Shown here: piece after piece, positions 12,301-26,800 of the stretch
How the letters are laid out: each line of letters opens with the position of its first letter
Numbering within the stretch: position 1 is the stretch's first letter
Position numbers and translations under genes: made by a program
The notes under the pieces: generated by a model
Told to the model about the DNA's origin: nothing
Seen by the model: the letters and a program-made list of their open reading frames with translations, nothing else
Databases searched by the model: none
NCBI GenBank assembly: GCA_053919585.1
Contig: JBSSHM010000055.1
Reading direction: 5' to 3' (one strand)
Length of the DNA stretch: 64,000 nt
Source of the DNA: Euprymna scolopes
Lineage: Eukaryota

Positions 12301-15300
12301 CTTTGAATAGTGAATAGTCAGATTATGTATTGATATCGTTTTTGTATTATTCCGTTGAATAGTAAATAGTAAGATTATGTATTGATATCGTTTTTGTATT
12401 ATTCTGTTGAATAGTGAATAGTAAGATTATTTATGTATATCGTTTTTGTATTATTCTGTTGAATAGTGAATAGTCAGATTATGTATTGATATTGTTTTTG
12501 TATTATTCCGTTGAATAGTGAATAGTCAGATTATGTATTGATATCGTTTTTGTAATGTTCCGTTGAATAGTGAATAGTCAGATTATGTATTGATATCGTT
12601 TTTGTATTATTCCGTTGAATAGTGAATAGTCAGATTATGTATTGATATCGTTTTTGTATTATTCCGTTGAATAGTGAATAGTCAGATTATGTATTGATAT
12701 CGTTTTTGTATAATTCCTTTGAATAGTGAATAGTCAGATTATGTAGTGATATCGTTTTTTTATTATTCTGTTGAATAGTGAATAATCCGATTATGTTTTG
12801 TTATCATTGTTGTATTATTCTGTTGAATAGTGAATCGTCAGATTATGTATTGATATCGTTTTTGTATTATTCTGTTGAATAGTGAATAGTCAGATTATGT
12901 ATTGATATCGTTTTTGTATTATTCTGTTGAATAGTGAATAGTCAGATTATGTATTGATATCGTTTTTGTATTATTCTGTTGAATAGTGAATAGTCAGATT
13001 ATGTATTGATATCGTTTTTGTATTATTCCGTTGAATAGTGAATATTCAGATTATTTATTAATATCGTTTTTGTATTATTCTGTTGAATAGTGAATAGTCA
13101 GATTATGTATTGATATCGTTTTTGTATTTTTCTGTTGAATAGTGAATAGTCAGATTATGTATTGATATCGTTTTTGTATTATTCTGTTGAATAGTTAATA
13201 GTCAGATTATGTATTGATATCGTTTTTGTATTATTCTGTTGAATAGTGAATAGTCAGATTATGTATTGATATCATTTTTGTATTATTCCGTTGAATAGTG
13301 AATAGTCAGATTATGTATTGATATCGTTTTTGTATTATTCCGTTGAATAGTGAATAGTCAAATTATGTATTGATATCGTTTTTGTATTATTCTGTTGAAT
13401 AGTGAATAGTCAGATTATGTATTGATATCGTTTTTGTATTATTCTGTTGAATAGTGAATAGTCAAATTATGTATTGATATCGTTTTTGTATTATTCTGTT
13501 GAATAGTGAATAGTCCGATTATGTATTGATATCATTGTTGTTTTATTCTGTTTAATAGTGAATAGTCAGATTATGTATTGATATCGTTTTTGTATTATTC
13601 TGTTGAATAGTGAATAGTCAGATTATGTATTGATATCGTTTGTGTATTATTCTGTTGATTAGTGAATAGTAAGATTATGTATTGATATCATTGTTGTATT
13701 ATGCTGTTGAATAGTTAATATTCAGATTATGTATTGATATCATTTTTGTATTATTCTGTTAAATAGTGAATAGTCAGATTATGTATTGATATCGTTTTTG
13801 TATTATTCCGTGGAATAGTGAATAGTCAGATTATGTATTGATATCATTGTTGTATTATTCTGTTAAATAGTGAATAGTCAGATTATGTATTGATATCGTT
13901 TTTGTATTATTCTGTTGAATAGTGAATAGTCAGATTATGTATTGATATCGTTTTTTTATTATTCTGTGGATTAGTGAATAGTCAGATTATGTATTGATAT
14001 CATTGTTGTATTATTCTGTTGAATAGTGAATAGTCAGATTATGTATTGATATCGTTTTTGTAGTTTTCCGTTGAATAGTGAATAGTCAGATTATGTATTG
14101 ATATAGTTTTTTTTATTATTCCTTTGAATAGTGAATAGTCCGAATATGTATTGATATCATTGTTGTATTATTCTGTTGAATAGTGAATAGTCAGATTATG
14201 TATGAATATCGTTTTTTTATTATTCCGTTGAATAGTGAATAGTCAGATTATGTATTGATATCGTTTTTGTATTATTCCGTTGAATAGTGAATAGTCAGAT
14301 TATGTATTGATATCGTTTTTGTAATGTTCTGTTTAATAGTGAATAGTAAGATTATGTATTGATATCGTTTTTGTATTATTCTGTTGAATAGTGAATAGTC
14401 AGATTATGTATTGATATCGTTTTTGTATTATTCCGTTGAATAGTGAATAGTCAGATTATGTATTGATATCGTTTGTGTATTATTCTGTTGAATAGTGAAT
14501 AGTCAGATTCTGTATTGATATCGTTTTTGTATTATTCCTTTGAATAGTGAATAGTAAGATTATGTATTGATATCGTTTTTGTATTATTCTGTTGAATAGT
14601 GAATAGTCAGATTATGTATTGATATCGTTTTTGTATTATTCAGTTGAATAGTTAATAGTAAGATTATGTATTGATATCGTTTTTGTATTATTCCGTTGAA
14701 TAGTGAATAGTCAGATTATGTATTGATATCGTTTTTGTATTATTCTGTTGAATAGTGAATAGTCCGATTATGTATTGATATCGGTTTTGTATTATTCTGT
14801 TGAATAGTGAATAGTCAGATTATGTATTGATATCGTTTTTGTATTATTCCGTTGAATAGTGAATAGTCAGATTATGTATTGATATCGTTTTTTTATTATT
14901 CCGTTGAATAGTGAATAGTAAGATTGCGCGTTGATATCGTTTGTGTATTATTCCGTTGAATAGTGAATAGTCAGATTATGTATTTATATCGTTTTTGTAT
15001 TATTCCGTTGAATAGTGAATAGTCAGATTATGTTTTGATATCATGGTTGTATAATTCTGTTGAATAGTGAATAGTCAGATTATGTATGGATATCGTTATT
15101 GTATTATTCCGTTGAATAGTGAATAGTCAGATTATGTATTGATATCGTTTTTTTATTGTTCCGTTGAATAGTGAATAGTCAGATTATGTATTGATATCGT
15201 TTTTGTATTATTCTGTTAAATAGTGATTAGTCAGATTATGTATTGATATCGTTTTTGTATTATTCTGTTGAATAGTGAATAGTCAGATTATGTATTGATA

Positions 15301-15329
15301 TCGTTTTTGTATTATTCTGTTGAATAGTG

Positions 15330-18300
15330 AATAGTCCGATTATGTATTGATATCATTGGTGTATTATTCTGTTGAATAGTGAATAGTCAGATTATGTATT
15401 GATATCGTTATTGTATTATTCCGTTGAATAGTGAATAGTCAGATTATGTATTGATATCGTTTTTGTATTATTCCTTTGAATAGTGAATAGTCAGATTATG
15501 TATTGATATCGGTTTTGTATTATTCCGTTGAATAGTGAATAGTCAGATTATGTATTGATATCGTTTTTGTATTATTCCGTTGAATAGTGAATAGTCAGAT
15601 TATGTATTGATATCGTTTTTGTATTATTCTGTTGAATAGTGAATAGTCAGATTATGTATTGATATCGTTTTTGTATTATTCTGTTGAATAGTGAATAGTC
15701 AGATTATGTATTGATATAGTTTTTGTATTATTCTGTTGAATAGTGAATAGTCAGATTATGTATTGATATCGTTTTTGTATTATTCTGTTGAATAGTGAAT
15801 AGTCACATTATGTATTAATATCGTTTTTGTATTATTCTGTTGAATAGTGAATAGTCAGATTATGTATTGATATAGTTTTTGTATTATTCTGTTGAATAGT
15901 GAATAGTCAGATTATGTATTGATATCGTTTTTGTATTATTCCGTTGAATAGTGAATAGTCAGATTATGTATTGTATATCGTTTTTGTATTATTCCGTTGA
16001 ATAGTGAATAGTCAGATTATGTATTGATATCGTTTTTGTATTATTCCGTTGAATAGTGAATAGTCAGATTATGTATTGATATCGTTTTTGTATTATTCCG
16101 TTGAATAGTGAATAGTCAGATTATGTATTGATATCGTTTTTGTATTATTCTGTTGAATAGTGAATAGTCAGATTATGTATTGATATCGTTTTTGTATTAT
16201 TCCGTTTAATAGTGAATAGTCAGATTATGTATTGATATCGTTTTTTTTATTATTCCGTTGAATAGTGAATAGTCAGATTATGTATTGATATCGTTTTTGT
16301 ATTATTCCGTTGAATAGTGAATAGTCAGATTATGTATTGATATCGTTTTTGTATTATTCCGTTGAATAGTGAATAGTAAGATTATGTATTGATATCGTTT
16401 TTGTATTATTCTGTTGAATAGTTAATAGTCAGATTATGTATTGATATCGTTTTTTTATTATTCTGTTGAATAGTTAATAGTCAGATTATGTATTGATATC
16501 GTTTTTGTATTATTCCGTTGAATAGTGAATAGTCAGATTATGTATTGATATCGTTTTTGTATTATTCTGTTGAATAGTGAATAGTCAGATTATGTATTGA
16601 TATCGTTTTTGTATTATTCCGTTGAATAGTGAATAGTCAGATTATGTATTGATATTGTGTTTGTATTATTCCTTTGAATAGTGAATAGTCAGATTATGTA
16701 GTGATATCGTTTTTGTATTATTCTGTTGAATAGTGAATAGTCAGATTATGTGTTGATATTGTTTTTGTATTATTCTGTTGAATAGTGAATAGTCAGATTA
16801 TGTATTGATATCGTTTTTGTATTATTCTGTTGAATAGTGAATAGTCAGATTATGTATTGATATCGTTTTTGTATTATTCTGTTGAATAGTGAATAGTCAG
16901 ATTATGTATTGATATGGTTTTTTTTATTATTCTTTTGAATAGTGAATAGTCCGAATATGTATTGATATCATTGTTGTATTATTCTGTTGAATAGTGAATA
17001 GTCAGATTATGTATTAATATCGTTTTTGTATTATTCCGTTGAATAGTGAATAGTCAGATTATGTATTGATATCGTTTTTGTATTATTCTGTTGAATAGTG
17101 AATAGTAAGATTATGTATTGATATCGTTTTTGTATTATTCTGTTGAATAGTGAATAGTTAGATTATGTATTGATATCGTTTTTGTATTATTCCGTTGAAT
17201 AGTGAATAGTCAGATTATGTATTGATATCGTTTTTGTATTATTCTGTTGAATAGTGAATAGTCAGATTATGTATTGATATCGTTTTTGTATTATTCCTTT
17301 GAATAGTGAATAGTAAGATTATGTATTGATATCGTTTTTGTATTATTCTGTTGAATAGTGAATAGTCAGATTATGTATTGATATCGTTTTTGTATTATTC
17401 AGTTGAATAGTGAATAGTAAGATTATGTATTGATATCGTTTTTGTATTATTCTGTTGAATAGTGAATAGTCCGATTATGTATTGATATCATTGGTGTATT
17501 ATTCTGTTGAATAGTGAATAGTCAGATTATGTATTGATATCGTTATTGTATTATTCCGTTGAATAGTGAATAGTCAGATTATGTATTGATATCGTTTTTG
17601 TATTATTCCTTTGAATAGTGAATAGTCAGATTATGTATTGATATCGGTTTTGTATTATTCCGTTGAATAGTGAATAGTCAGATTATGTATTGATATCGTT
17701 TTTGTATTATTCCGTTGAATAGTGAATAGTCAGATTATGTATTGATATCGTTTTTGTATTATTCTGTTGAATAGTGAATAGTCAGATTATGTATTGATAT
17801 CGTTTTTGTATTATTCTGTTGAATAGTGAATAGTCAGATTATGTATTGATATAGTTTTTGTATTATTCTGTTGAATAGTGAATAGTCAGATTATGTATTG
17901 ATATCGTTTTTGTATTATTCTGTTGAATAGTGAATAGTCACATTATGTATTAATATCGTTTTTGTATTATTCTGTTGAATAGTGAATAGTCAGATTATGT
18001 ATTGATATAGTTTTTGTATTATTCTGTTGAATAGTGAATAGTCAGATTATGTATTGATATCGTTTTTGTATTATTCCGTTGAATAGTGAATAGTCAGATT
18101 ATGTATTGTATATCGTTTTTGTATTATTCCGTTGAATAGTGAATAGTCAGATTATGTATTGATATCGTTTTTGTATTATTCCGTTGAATAGTGAAAAGTC
18201 AGATTATGTATTGATATCGTTTTTGTATTATTCCGTTGAATAGTGAATAGTCAGATTATGTATTGATATCGTTTTTGTATTATTCTGTTGAATAGTGAAT

Positions 18301-19560
18301 AGTCAGATTATGTATTGATATCGTTTTTGTATTATTCCGTTTAATAGTGAATAGTCAGATTATGTATTGATATCGTTTTTTTTATTATTCCGTTGAATAG
18401 TGAATAGTCAGATTATGTATTGATATCGTTTTTGTATTATTCCGTTGAATAGTGAATAGTCAGATTATGTATTGATATCGTTTTTGTATTATTCCGTTGA
18501 ATAGTGAATAGTAAGATTATGTATTGATATCGTTTTTGTATTATTCTGTTGAATAGTTAATAGTCAGATTATGTATTGATATCGTTTTTTTATTATTCTG
18601 TTGAATAGTTAATAGTCAGATTATGTATTGATATCGTTTTTGTATTATTCCGTTGAATAGTGAATAGTCAGATTATGTATTGATATCGTTTTTGTATTAT
18701 TCTGTTGAATAGTGAATAGTCAGATTATGTATTGATATCGTTTTTGTATTATTCCGTTGAATAGTGAATAGTCAGATTATGTATTGATATTGTGTTTGTA
18801 TTATTCCTTTGAATAGTGAATAGTCAGATTATGTAGTGATATCGTTTTTGTATTATTCTGTTGAATAGTGAATAGTCAGATTATGTGTTGATATTGTTTT
18901 TGTATTATTCTGTTGAATAGTGAATAGTCAGATTATGTATTGATATCGTTTTTGTATTATTCTGTTGAATAGTGAATAGTCAGATTATGTATTGATATCG
19001 TTTTTGTATTATTCTGTTGAATAGTGAATAGTCAGATTATGTATTGATATGGTTTTTTTTATTATTCTTTTGAATAGTGAATAGTCCGAATATGTATTGA
19101 TATCATTGTTGTATTATTCTGTTGAATAGTGAATAGTCAGATTATGTATTAATATCGTTTTTGTATTATTCTGTTGAATAGTGAATAGTCAGATTATGTA
19201 TTGATATCGTTTTTGTATTATTCTGTTGAATAGTGAATAGTAAGATTATGTATTGATATCGTTTTTGTATTATTCTGTTGAATAGTGAATAGTTAGATTA
19301 TGTATTGATATCGTTTTTGTATTATTCCGTTGAATAGTGAATAGTCAGATTATGTATTGATATCGTTTTTGTATTATTCTGTTGAATAGTGAATAGTCAG
19401 ATTATGTATTGATATCGTTTTTGTATTATTCCTTTGAATAGTGAATAGTAAGATTATGTATTGATATCGTTTTTGTATTATTCTGTTGAATAGTGAATAG
19501 TCAGATTATGTATTGATATCGTTTTTGTATTATTCAGTTGAATAGTGAATAGTAAGATTA
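15330..19560. repeat. 41-monomer (2,135-bp) tandem duplication
   Basis: Four markers share a 2,135-bp offset: tccg...cattggtg (15335/17470), agtcacatt (15801/17936), the ttgtatatcg insertion (15971/18106) and gatatggttt (16911/19046). Confidence 0.92.
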
Positions 19561-22500
19561 TGTATTGATATCGTTTTTGTAATATTCCGTTGAATAGTGA
19601 ATAGTCAGATTATGTATTGATATCGTTTTTTATTATTCTGTTGAATAGTGAATAGTCCGATTATGTATTCATATCGGTTTTGTATTATTCTGTTGAATAG
19701 TGAATAGTCCGATTAAGTATTGATATCGTTTTTGTATTATTCTGTTGAATAGTGAATAGTAAGATTATGTATTGATATCGTTTTTGTATTATTCTGTTGA
19801 ATAGTGAATAGTCCGATTATGTATTGATATCGTTTTTGTATTATTCTGTTGAATAGTGAATAGCAGGATTATGTATTAATATCGTTTTTGTATTATTCTG
19901 TTGAATAGTGAATAGTCAGATTATGTATTGATATCGTTTTTGTATTATTCTGTTGAATAGTCAACAGTAAGATTATGTATTGATATCGTTTGTGTATTTT
20001 TCTGTTGAATAGTGAATAATCAGATTATTTGTTGATATCGTTTTTGTATTATTCTGTTGAATAGTGAATAGTCAGATTATGTATTGATATCGTTTTTGTA
20101 TTTTTCTGTTGAATAGTGAATAGTCAGATTATTTATTGATATCATTTTTGTAATATTCCGTTGAATAGTGAATAGTCAGATTATTTATTGATATCGTTTT
20201 TGTATTATTCCGTTGAATAGTGAATAGTCAGATTATGTATTGATATCATTTTTGTATTATTCCGTTGAAGAGTGAATAGTCAGATTATGTATTGATATTG
20301 TTTTTGTATTATTCTTTTGAATAGTTAATAGCAAGATTATGTATTGATATCGTTTTTGTATTATTCTGTTGAATAGTGAATAGTCAGATTATGTATTGAT
20401 ATCGTTTTTGTATTATTCTGTTGAATAGTGAATAGTAAGATTATGTATTGATATCGTTTGTGTATTTTTCTGTTGAATAGTGAATAGTCAGATTATTTAT
20501 TGATATCGTTTGTGTATTTTTCTGTTGAATAGTGAATAGTCAGATTATGTATTGATATCGTTTTTGTATTATTCCTTTGAATAGTGAATAGTAAGATTAT
20601 GTATTGATATCGTTTTTGTATTATTCTGTTGAATAGTGAATAGTCAGATTATGTATTGATATCGTTTTCTTATTATTCTGTTGAATAGTGAATAGTCAGA
20701 TTATGTATTGATATCGTTTTTGTATTATTCTGTTGAATAGTGAATAGTCAGATTATGTATTGATATCGTTTTTGTATTTTTCTGTTGATTAGTGAATAGT
20801 CAGATTATGTATTGATATCGTTTTTGTATTATTCTGTTGAATAGTGAATAGTCAGATTATGTATTGATATCGTTTTTGTATTATTCCGTTGAATAGTGAA
20901 TAGTCAGATTATGTATTGATATCGGTTTTGTATTATTCCGTTGAATAGTGAATAGTCAGATTATGTATTGATATCGTTTTTGTATTATTCCGTTGAATAG
21001 TGAATAGTCAGATTATGTATTGATATCGTTTTTGTATTATTCTGTTGAATAGTGAATAGTCAGATTATGTATTGATATCGTTTTTGTATTATTCTGTTGA
21101 ATAGTGAATAGTCAGATTATGTATTGATATAGTTTTTGTATTATTCTGTTGAATAGTGAATAGTCAGATTATGTATTGATATCGTTTTTGTATTATTCTG
21201 TTGAATAGTGAATAGTCACATTATGTATTAATATCGTTTTTGTATTATTCTGTTGAATAGTGAATAGTCAGATTATGTATTGATATAGTTTTTGTATTAT
21301 TCTGTTGAATAGTGAATAGTCAGATTATGTATGGATATCGTTTTTGTATTATTCCGTTGAATAGTGAATAGTCAGATTATGTATTGATATCGTTTTTGTA
21401 TTATTCCGTTGAATAGTGAATAGTCAGATTATGTATTGATATCGTTTTTGTATTATTCCGTTGAATAGTAAATAGTCAGATTATGTATTGATATCGTTTT
21501 TGTATTATTCCGTTGAATAGTGAATAGTCAGATTATGTATTGATATCGTTTTTGTATTATTCTGTTGAATAGTGAATAGTCAGATTATGTATTGATATCG
21601 TTTTTGTATTATTCCGTTTAATAGTGAATAGTCAGATTATGTATTGATATCGTTTTTGTATTATTCCGTTGAATAGTGAATAGTCAGATTATGTATTGAT
21701 ATCTTTTTGTATTATTCCGTTGAATAGTAAATAGTCAGATTATGTATTGATATCGTTTTTGTATTATTCCGTTGAATAGTGAATAGTAAGATTATGTATT
21801 GATATCGTTTTTGTATTATTCTGTTGAATAGTTAATAGTCAGATTATGTATTGATATTGTTTTTGTATTATTCTGTTGAATAGTGAATAGTCAGATTATG
21901 TATTGATATCGTTTTTGTATTATTCTGTTGAATAGTGAATAGTCAGATTATGTATTGATATCGTTTTTGTATTATTCTGTTGAATAGTGAATAGTCAGAT
22001 TATGTATTGATATGGTTTTTTTTATTATTCTTTTGAATAGTGAATAGTCCGAATATGTATTGATATCATTGTTGTATTATTCTGTTGAATAGTGAATAGT
22101 CAGATTATGTATTAATATCGTTTTTGTATTATTCCGTTGAATAGTGAATAGTCAGATTATGTATTGATATCGTTTTTGTATTATTCTGTTGAATAGTGAA
22201 TAGTAAGATTATGTATTGATATCGTTTTTGTATTATTCTGTTGAATAGTGAATAGTTAGATTATGTATTGATATCGTTTTTGTATTATTCCGTTAAATAG
22301 TGAATAGTCAGATTATGTATTGATATCGTTTTTGTATTATTCTGTTGAATAGTGAATAGTCAGATTATGTATTGATATCGTTTTTGTATTATTCCTTTGA
22401 ATAGTGAATAGTAAGATTATGTATTGATATCGTTTTTGTATTATTCTGTTGAATAGTGAATAGTCAGATTATGTATTGATATCGTTTTTGTATTATTCAG

Positions 22501-23850
22501 TTGAATAGTGAATAGTAAGATTATGTATTGATATCGTTTTTGTAATATTCCGTTGAATAGTGAATAGTCAGATTATGTATTGATATCGTTTTTTATTATT
22601 CTGTTGAATAGTGAATAGTCCGATTATGTATTCATATCGGTTTTGTATTATTCTGTTGAATAGTGAATAGTCCGATTAAGTATTGATATCGTTTTTGTAT
22701 TATTCTGTTGAATAGTGAATAGTAAGATTATGTATTGATATCGTTTTTGTATTATTCTGTTGAATAGTGAATAGTCCGATTATGTATTGATATCGTTTTT
22801 GTATTATTCTGTTGAATAGTGAATAGCAGGATTATGTATTAATATTGTTTTTGTATTATTCTGTTGAATAGTGAATAGTCAGATTATGTATTGATATCGT
22901 TTTTGTATTATTCTGTTGAATAGTGAATAGCAGGATTATGTATTAATATCGTTTTTGTATTATTCTGTTGAATAGTGAATAGTCAGATTATGTATTGATA
23001 TCGTTTTTGTATTATTCTGTTGAATAGTCAACAGTAAGATTATGTATTGATATCGTTTGTGTATTTTTCTGTTGAATAGTGAATAATCAGATTATTTGTT
23101 GATATCGTTTTTGTATTATTCTGTTGAATAGTTAATAGTCAGATTATGTATTGATATCGTTTTTGTATTTTTCTGTTGAATAGTGAATAGTCAGATTATT
23201 TATTGATATCATTTTTGTAATATTCCGTTGAATAGTGAATAGTCAGATTATTTATTGATATCGTTTTTGTATTATTCTTTTGAATAGTTAATAGCAAGAT
23301 TATGTATTGATATCGTTTTTGTATTATTCTGTTGAATAGTGAATAGTCAGATTATGTATTGATATCGTTTTTGTATTATTCTGTTGAATAGTGAATAGTA
23401 AGATTATGTATTGATATCGTTTGTGTATTTTTCTGTTGAATAGTGAATAGTCAGATTATTTATTGATATCGTTTGTGTATTTTTCTGTTGAATAGTGAAT
23501 AGTCAGATTATGTATTGATATCGTTTTTGTATTATTCCTTCGAATAGTTAATAGTAAGATTATGTATTGATATCGTTTTTGTATTATTCTGTTGAATAGT
23601 GAATAGTCAGATTATGTATTGATATCGTTTTCTTATTATTCTGTTGAATAGTGAATAGTCAGATTATGTATTGATATCGTTTTTGTATTATTCTGTTGAA
23701 TAGTGAATAGTCAGATTATGTATTGATATCGTTTTTGTATTTTTCTGTTAGTTAGTGAATAGTCAGATTATGTATTGATATCGTTTTTGTATTATTCTGT
23801 TGAATAGTGAATAGTCAGATTATGTATTGATATCGTTTTTGTATTATTCC
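17600..23850. repeat. About 3-kb tandem duplication overlapping the 41-mer duplication, with internal monomer gains and losses
   Basis: Paired markers: agtcac 17936/21214, gatatgg 19046/22009, ttcatatcgg about 19668/22631, gattaagtat about 19711/22674, tcaacagtaa about 19961/23028, gttttcttatt about 20664/23627. Confidence 0.85.
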
Positions 23851-26800
23851 GTTGAATAGTGAATAGTCAGATTATGTATTGATATCATTGATGTATTATT
23901 CTGTTGAATAGTAAATAGTCAGATTATGTATTGATATCGTTTTTGTATTATTCCGTTGAATAGTGAATAGTCAGATTATGTATTGATATCGTTTTTAATT
24001 ATTCTGTTGAATAGTGAATAGTAAGATTATGCGTTGATATCGTTTTTGTATTATTCCGTTGAATAGTGAATAGTCCGATTATGTATTGATATCATTGTTG
24101 TATTATTCTGTTGAATAGTGAATAGTCAGATTATGTATTGATATCGTTTTTATATTATTCCGTTGAATAGTGAATAGTCAGATTATGTATTGATATCATT
24201 GTTGTTATTATTCTGTTGAATAGTGAATAGTCAGATTATGTATTGATATCGTTTTTGTATTATTCCGTTGAATAGTGAATAGTCAGATTATGTATTGATA
24301 TCGTGTTTGTATTATTCTGTTGAATAGTGAATAGTAAGATTATGCTTTGATATCGTTTGTGTATTATTCCGTTGAATAGTGAGTAGTCAGATTATGTATT
24401 GATATCGTTTTTTTATTATTCCTTTGAATAGTGAATAGTCAGATTATGTATTGATATCGTTTTTTTATTATTCTGTTGAATAGTGAATAGTCAGATTATG
24501 TATTGATATCGTTTTTGTATTATTCTGTTGAATAGTGAATAGTCAGATTATGTATTGATATCGTTTTTGTATTTTTCTGTTGAATAGTGAATAGTCAGAT
24601 TATGTATTGATATCGTTTTTGTATTATTCCTTTGAATAGTGATTAGTCAGATTATGTATTGATATCGTTTTTGTATTGTTCTGTTGAATAGTGAATAGTC
24701 AGATTATGTATTGATATCGTTTTTGTATTATTCCGTTGAATAGTGAATAGTCAGATCATGTATTGATATCGTTTTTGTATTATTCCGTTGAATAGTGAAT
24801 AGTCAGATTATGTATTGATATCGTTTTTGTATTATTCCGTTGAATAGTGAATAGTCAGATTATGTATTGATATCGTTTTTGTATTATTCCGTTGAATAGT
24901 GAATAGTCAGATTATGTATTAATATCGTTTTTGTATTATTCCGTTGAATAGTGAATAGTCAGATTATGTATTGAAATCGTTTTTTTATTATTCCTTTGAA
25001 TATCGAATAGTCAGATTATGTATTGATATCGTTTTTGTATTATTCCGTTGAATAGTGAATAGTCAGATTATGTATTGATATCGTTTTTGTATTATTCCGT
25101 TGAATAGTGAATAGTCAGATTATGTATTGAAATCGTTTTTGTATTATTCCGTTGAATAGTGAATAGTCAGATCATGTATTGATATCGTTTTTGTATTATT
25201 CCGTTGAATAGTGAATAGTCAGATCATGTATTGATATCGTTTTTGTATTATTCTGTTGAATAGTGAATAGTCAGATTATGTATTGATATCGTTTTTGTAT
25301 TTTTCTGTTGAATAGTGAATAGTCAGATTATGTATTGATATCGTTTTTGTATTTTTCTGTTGAATAGTGAATAGTCAGATTATGTATTGATATCGTTTTT
25401 GTATTATTCCTTTGAATAGTGAATAGTTAGATTATGTATTGATATCGTTTTTGTATTATTCTGTTGAATAGTGAATAGTCAGATTATGTATTAATATCGT
25501 TTTTGTATTATTCAGTTGAATAGTGAATAGTCAGATTATGTATTGAAATCGTTTTTGTATTATTCTGTTGAATAGTGAATAGTCAGATTATGTATTAATA
25601 TCGTTTTTGTATTATTCCGTTGAATAGTGAATAGTCAGATTATGTATTGAAATCGTTTTTTTATTATTCCTTTGAATATCGAATAGTCAGATTATGTATT
25701 GATATCGTTTTTGTATTATTCCGTTGAATAGTGAATAGTCAGATTATGTATTGATATCGTTTTTTTATTATTCCGTTGAATAGTGAATAGTCAGATTATG
25801 TATTGAAATCGTTTTTTTATTATTCCTTTTAATATCGAATAGTCAGATTATGTATTGATATCGTTTTTGTATTATTCCGTTGAATAGTGAATAGTCAGAT
25901 TATGTATTGATATCGTTTTTGTATTATTCCTTTGAATAGTGAATAGTCCGATTATGTATTGATATCATTGTTGTATTATTCTGTTGAATAGTGAATAGTC
26001 AGATTATATATTGATATCGTTTTTGTATTATTCTGTTGAATAGTGAATAGTCAGATTGTTTATTGATATCGTTTTTGTATTATTCCGTTGAATAGTGAAT
26101 AGTCAGATTATGTATTGATATCATTGTTGTATTATTCTGTTGAATAGTGAATAGTCAGATTATATATTGATCTCGTTTTTGTATTATTCTGTTGAATAGT
26201 GAATAGTAAGATTGTTTATTGATATCGTTTTTGTATTATTCCGTTGAATAGTGAATAGTCAGATTATGTATTGATATCGTTTTTGTATTATTCCATTGAA
26301 TAGTGAATAGTCCGATTATGTATTGATATCGTTTTTGTATTATTCTGTTGAATAGTGAATAGTCAGATTATGTATTGATATCATTGTTGTATTATTCTGT
26401 TGAATAGTGAATAGTCAGATTATGTATTGATATCGTTTTTGTATTTTTCCGTTGAATAGTGAATAGTCAGATTATGTATTGATATCGTTTTTGTATTATT
26501 CTGTTGAATAGTGAATAGTCAGATTATGTATTGACATCGTTTTTGTATTAGTCTGTTGAATAGTGAATAGTCAGATTATGTATTGATATCGTTTTTGTAT
26601 TTTTCCGTTGAATAGTGAATAGTCAGATTATGTATTGATATCGTTTTTTTATTATTCCGTTGAATAGTGAATAGTCAGATTATGTATTGATATCGTTTTT
26701 GTATTATTCTGTTGAATAGTGAATAGTCAGATTATGTATTGATATCGTTTTTGTATTATTCTGTTGAATAGTGAATAGTCAGATTATGTATTGATATCGT

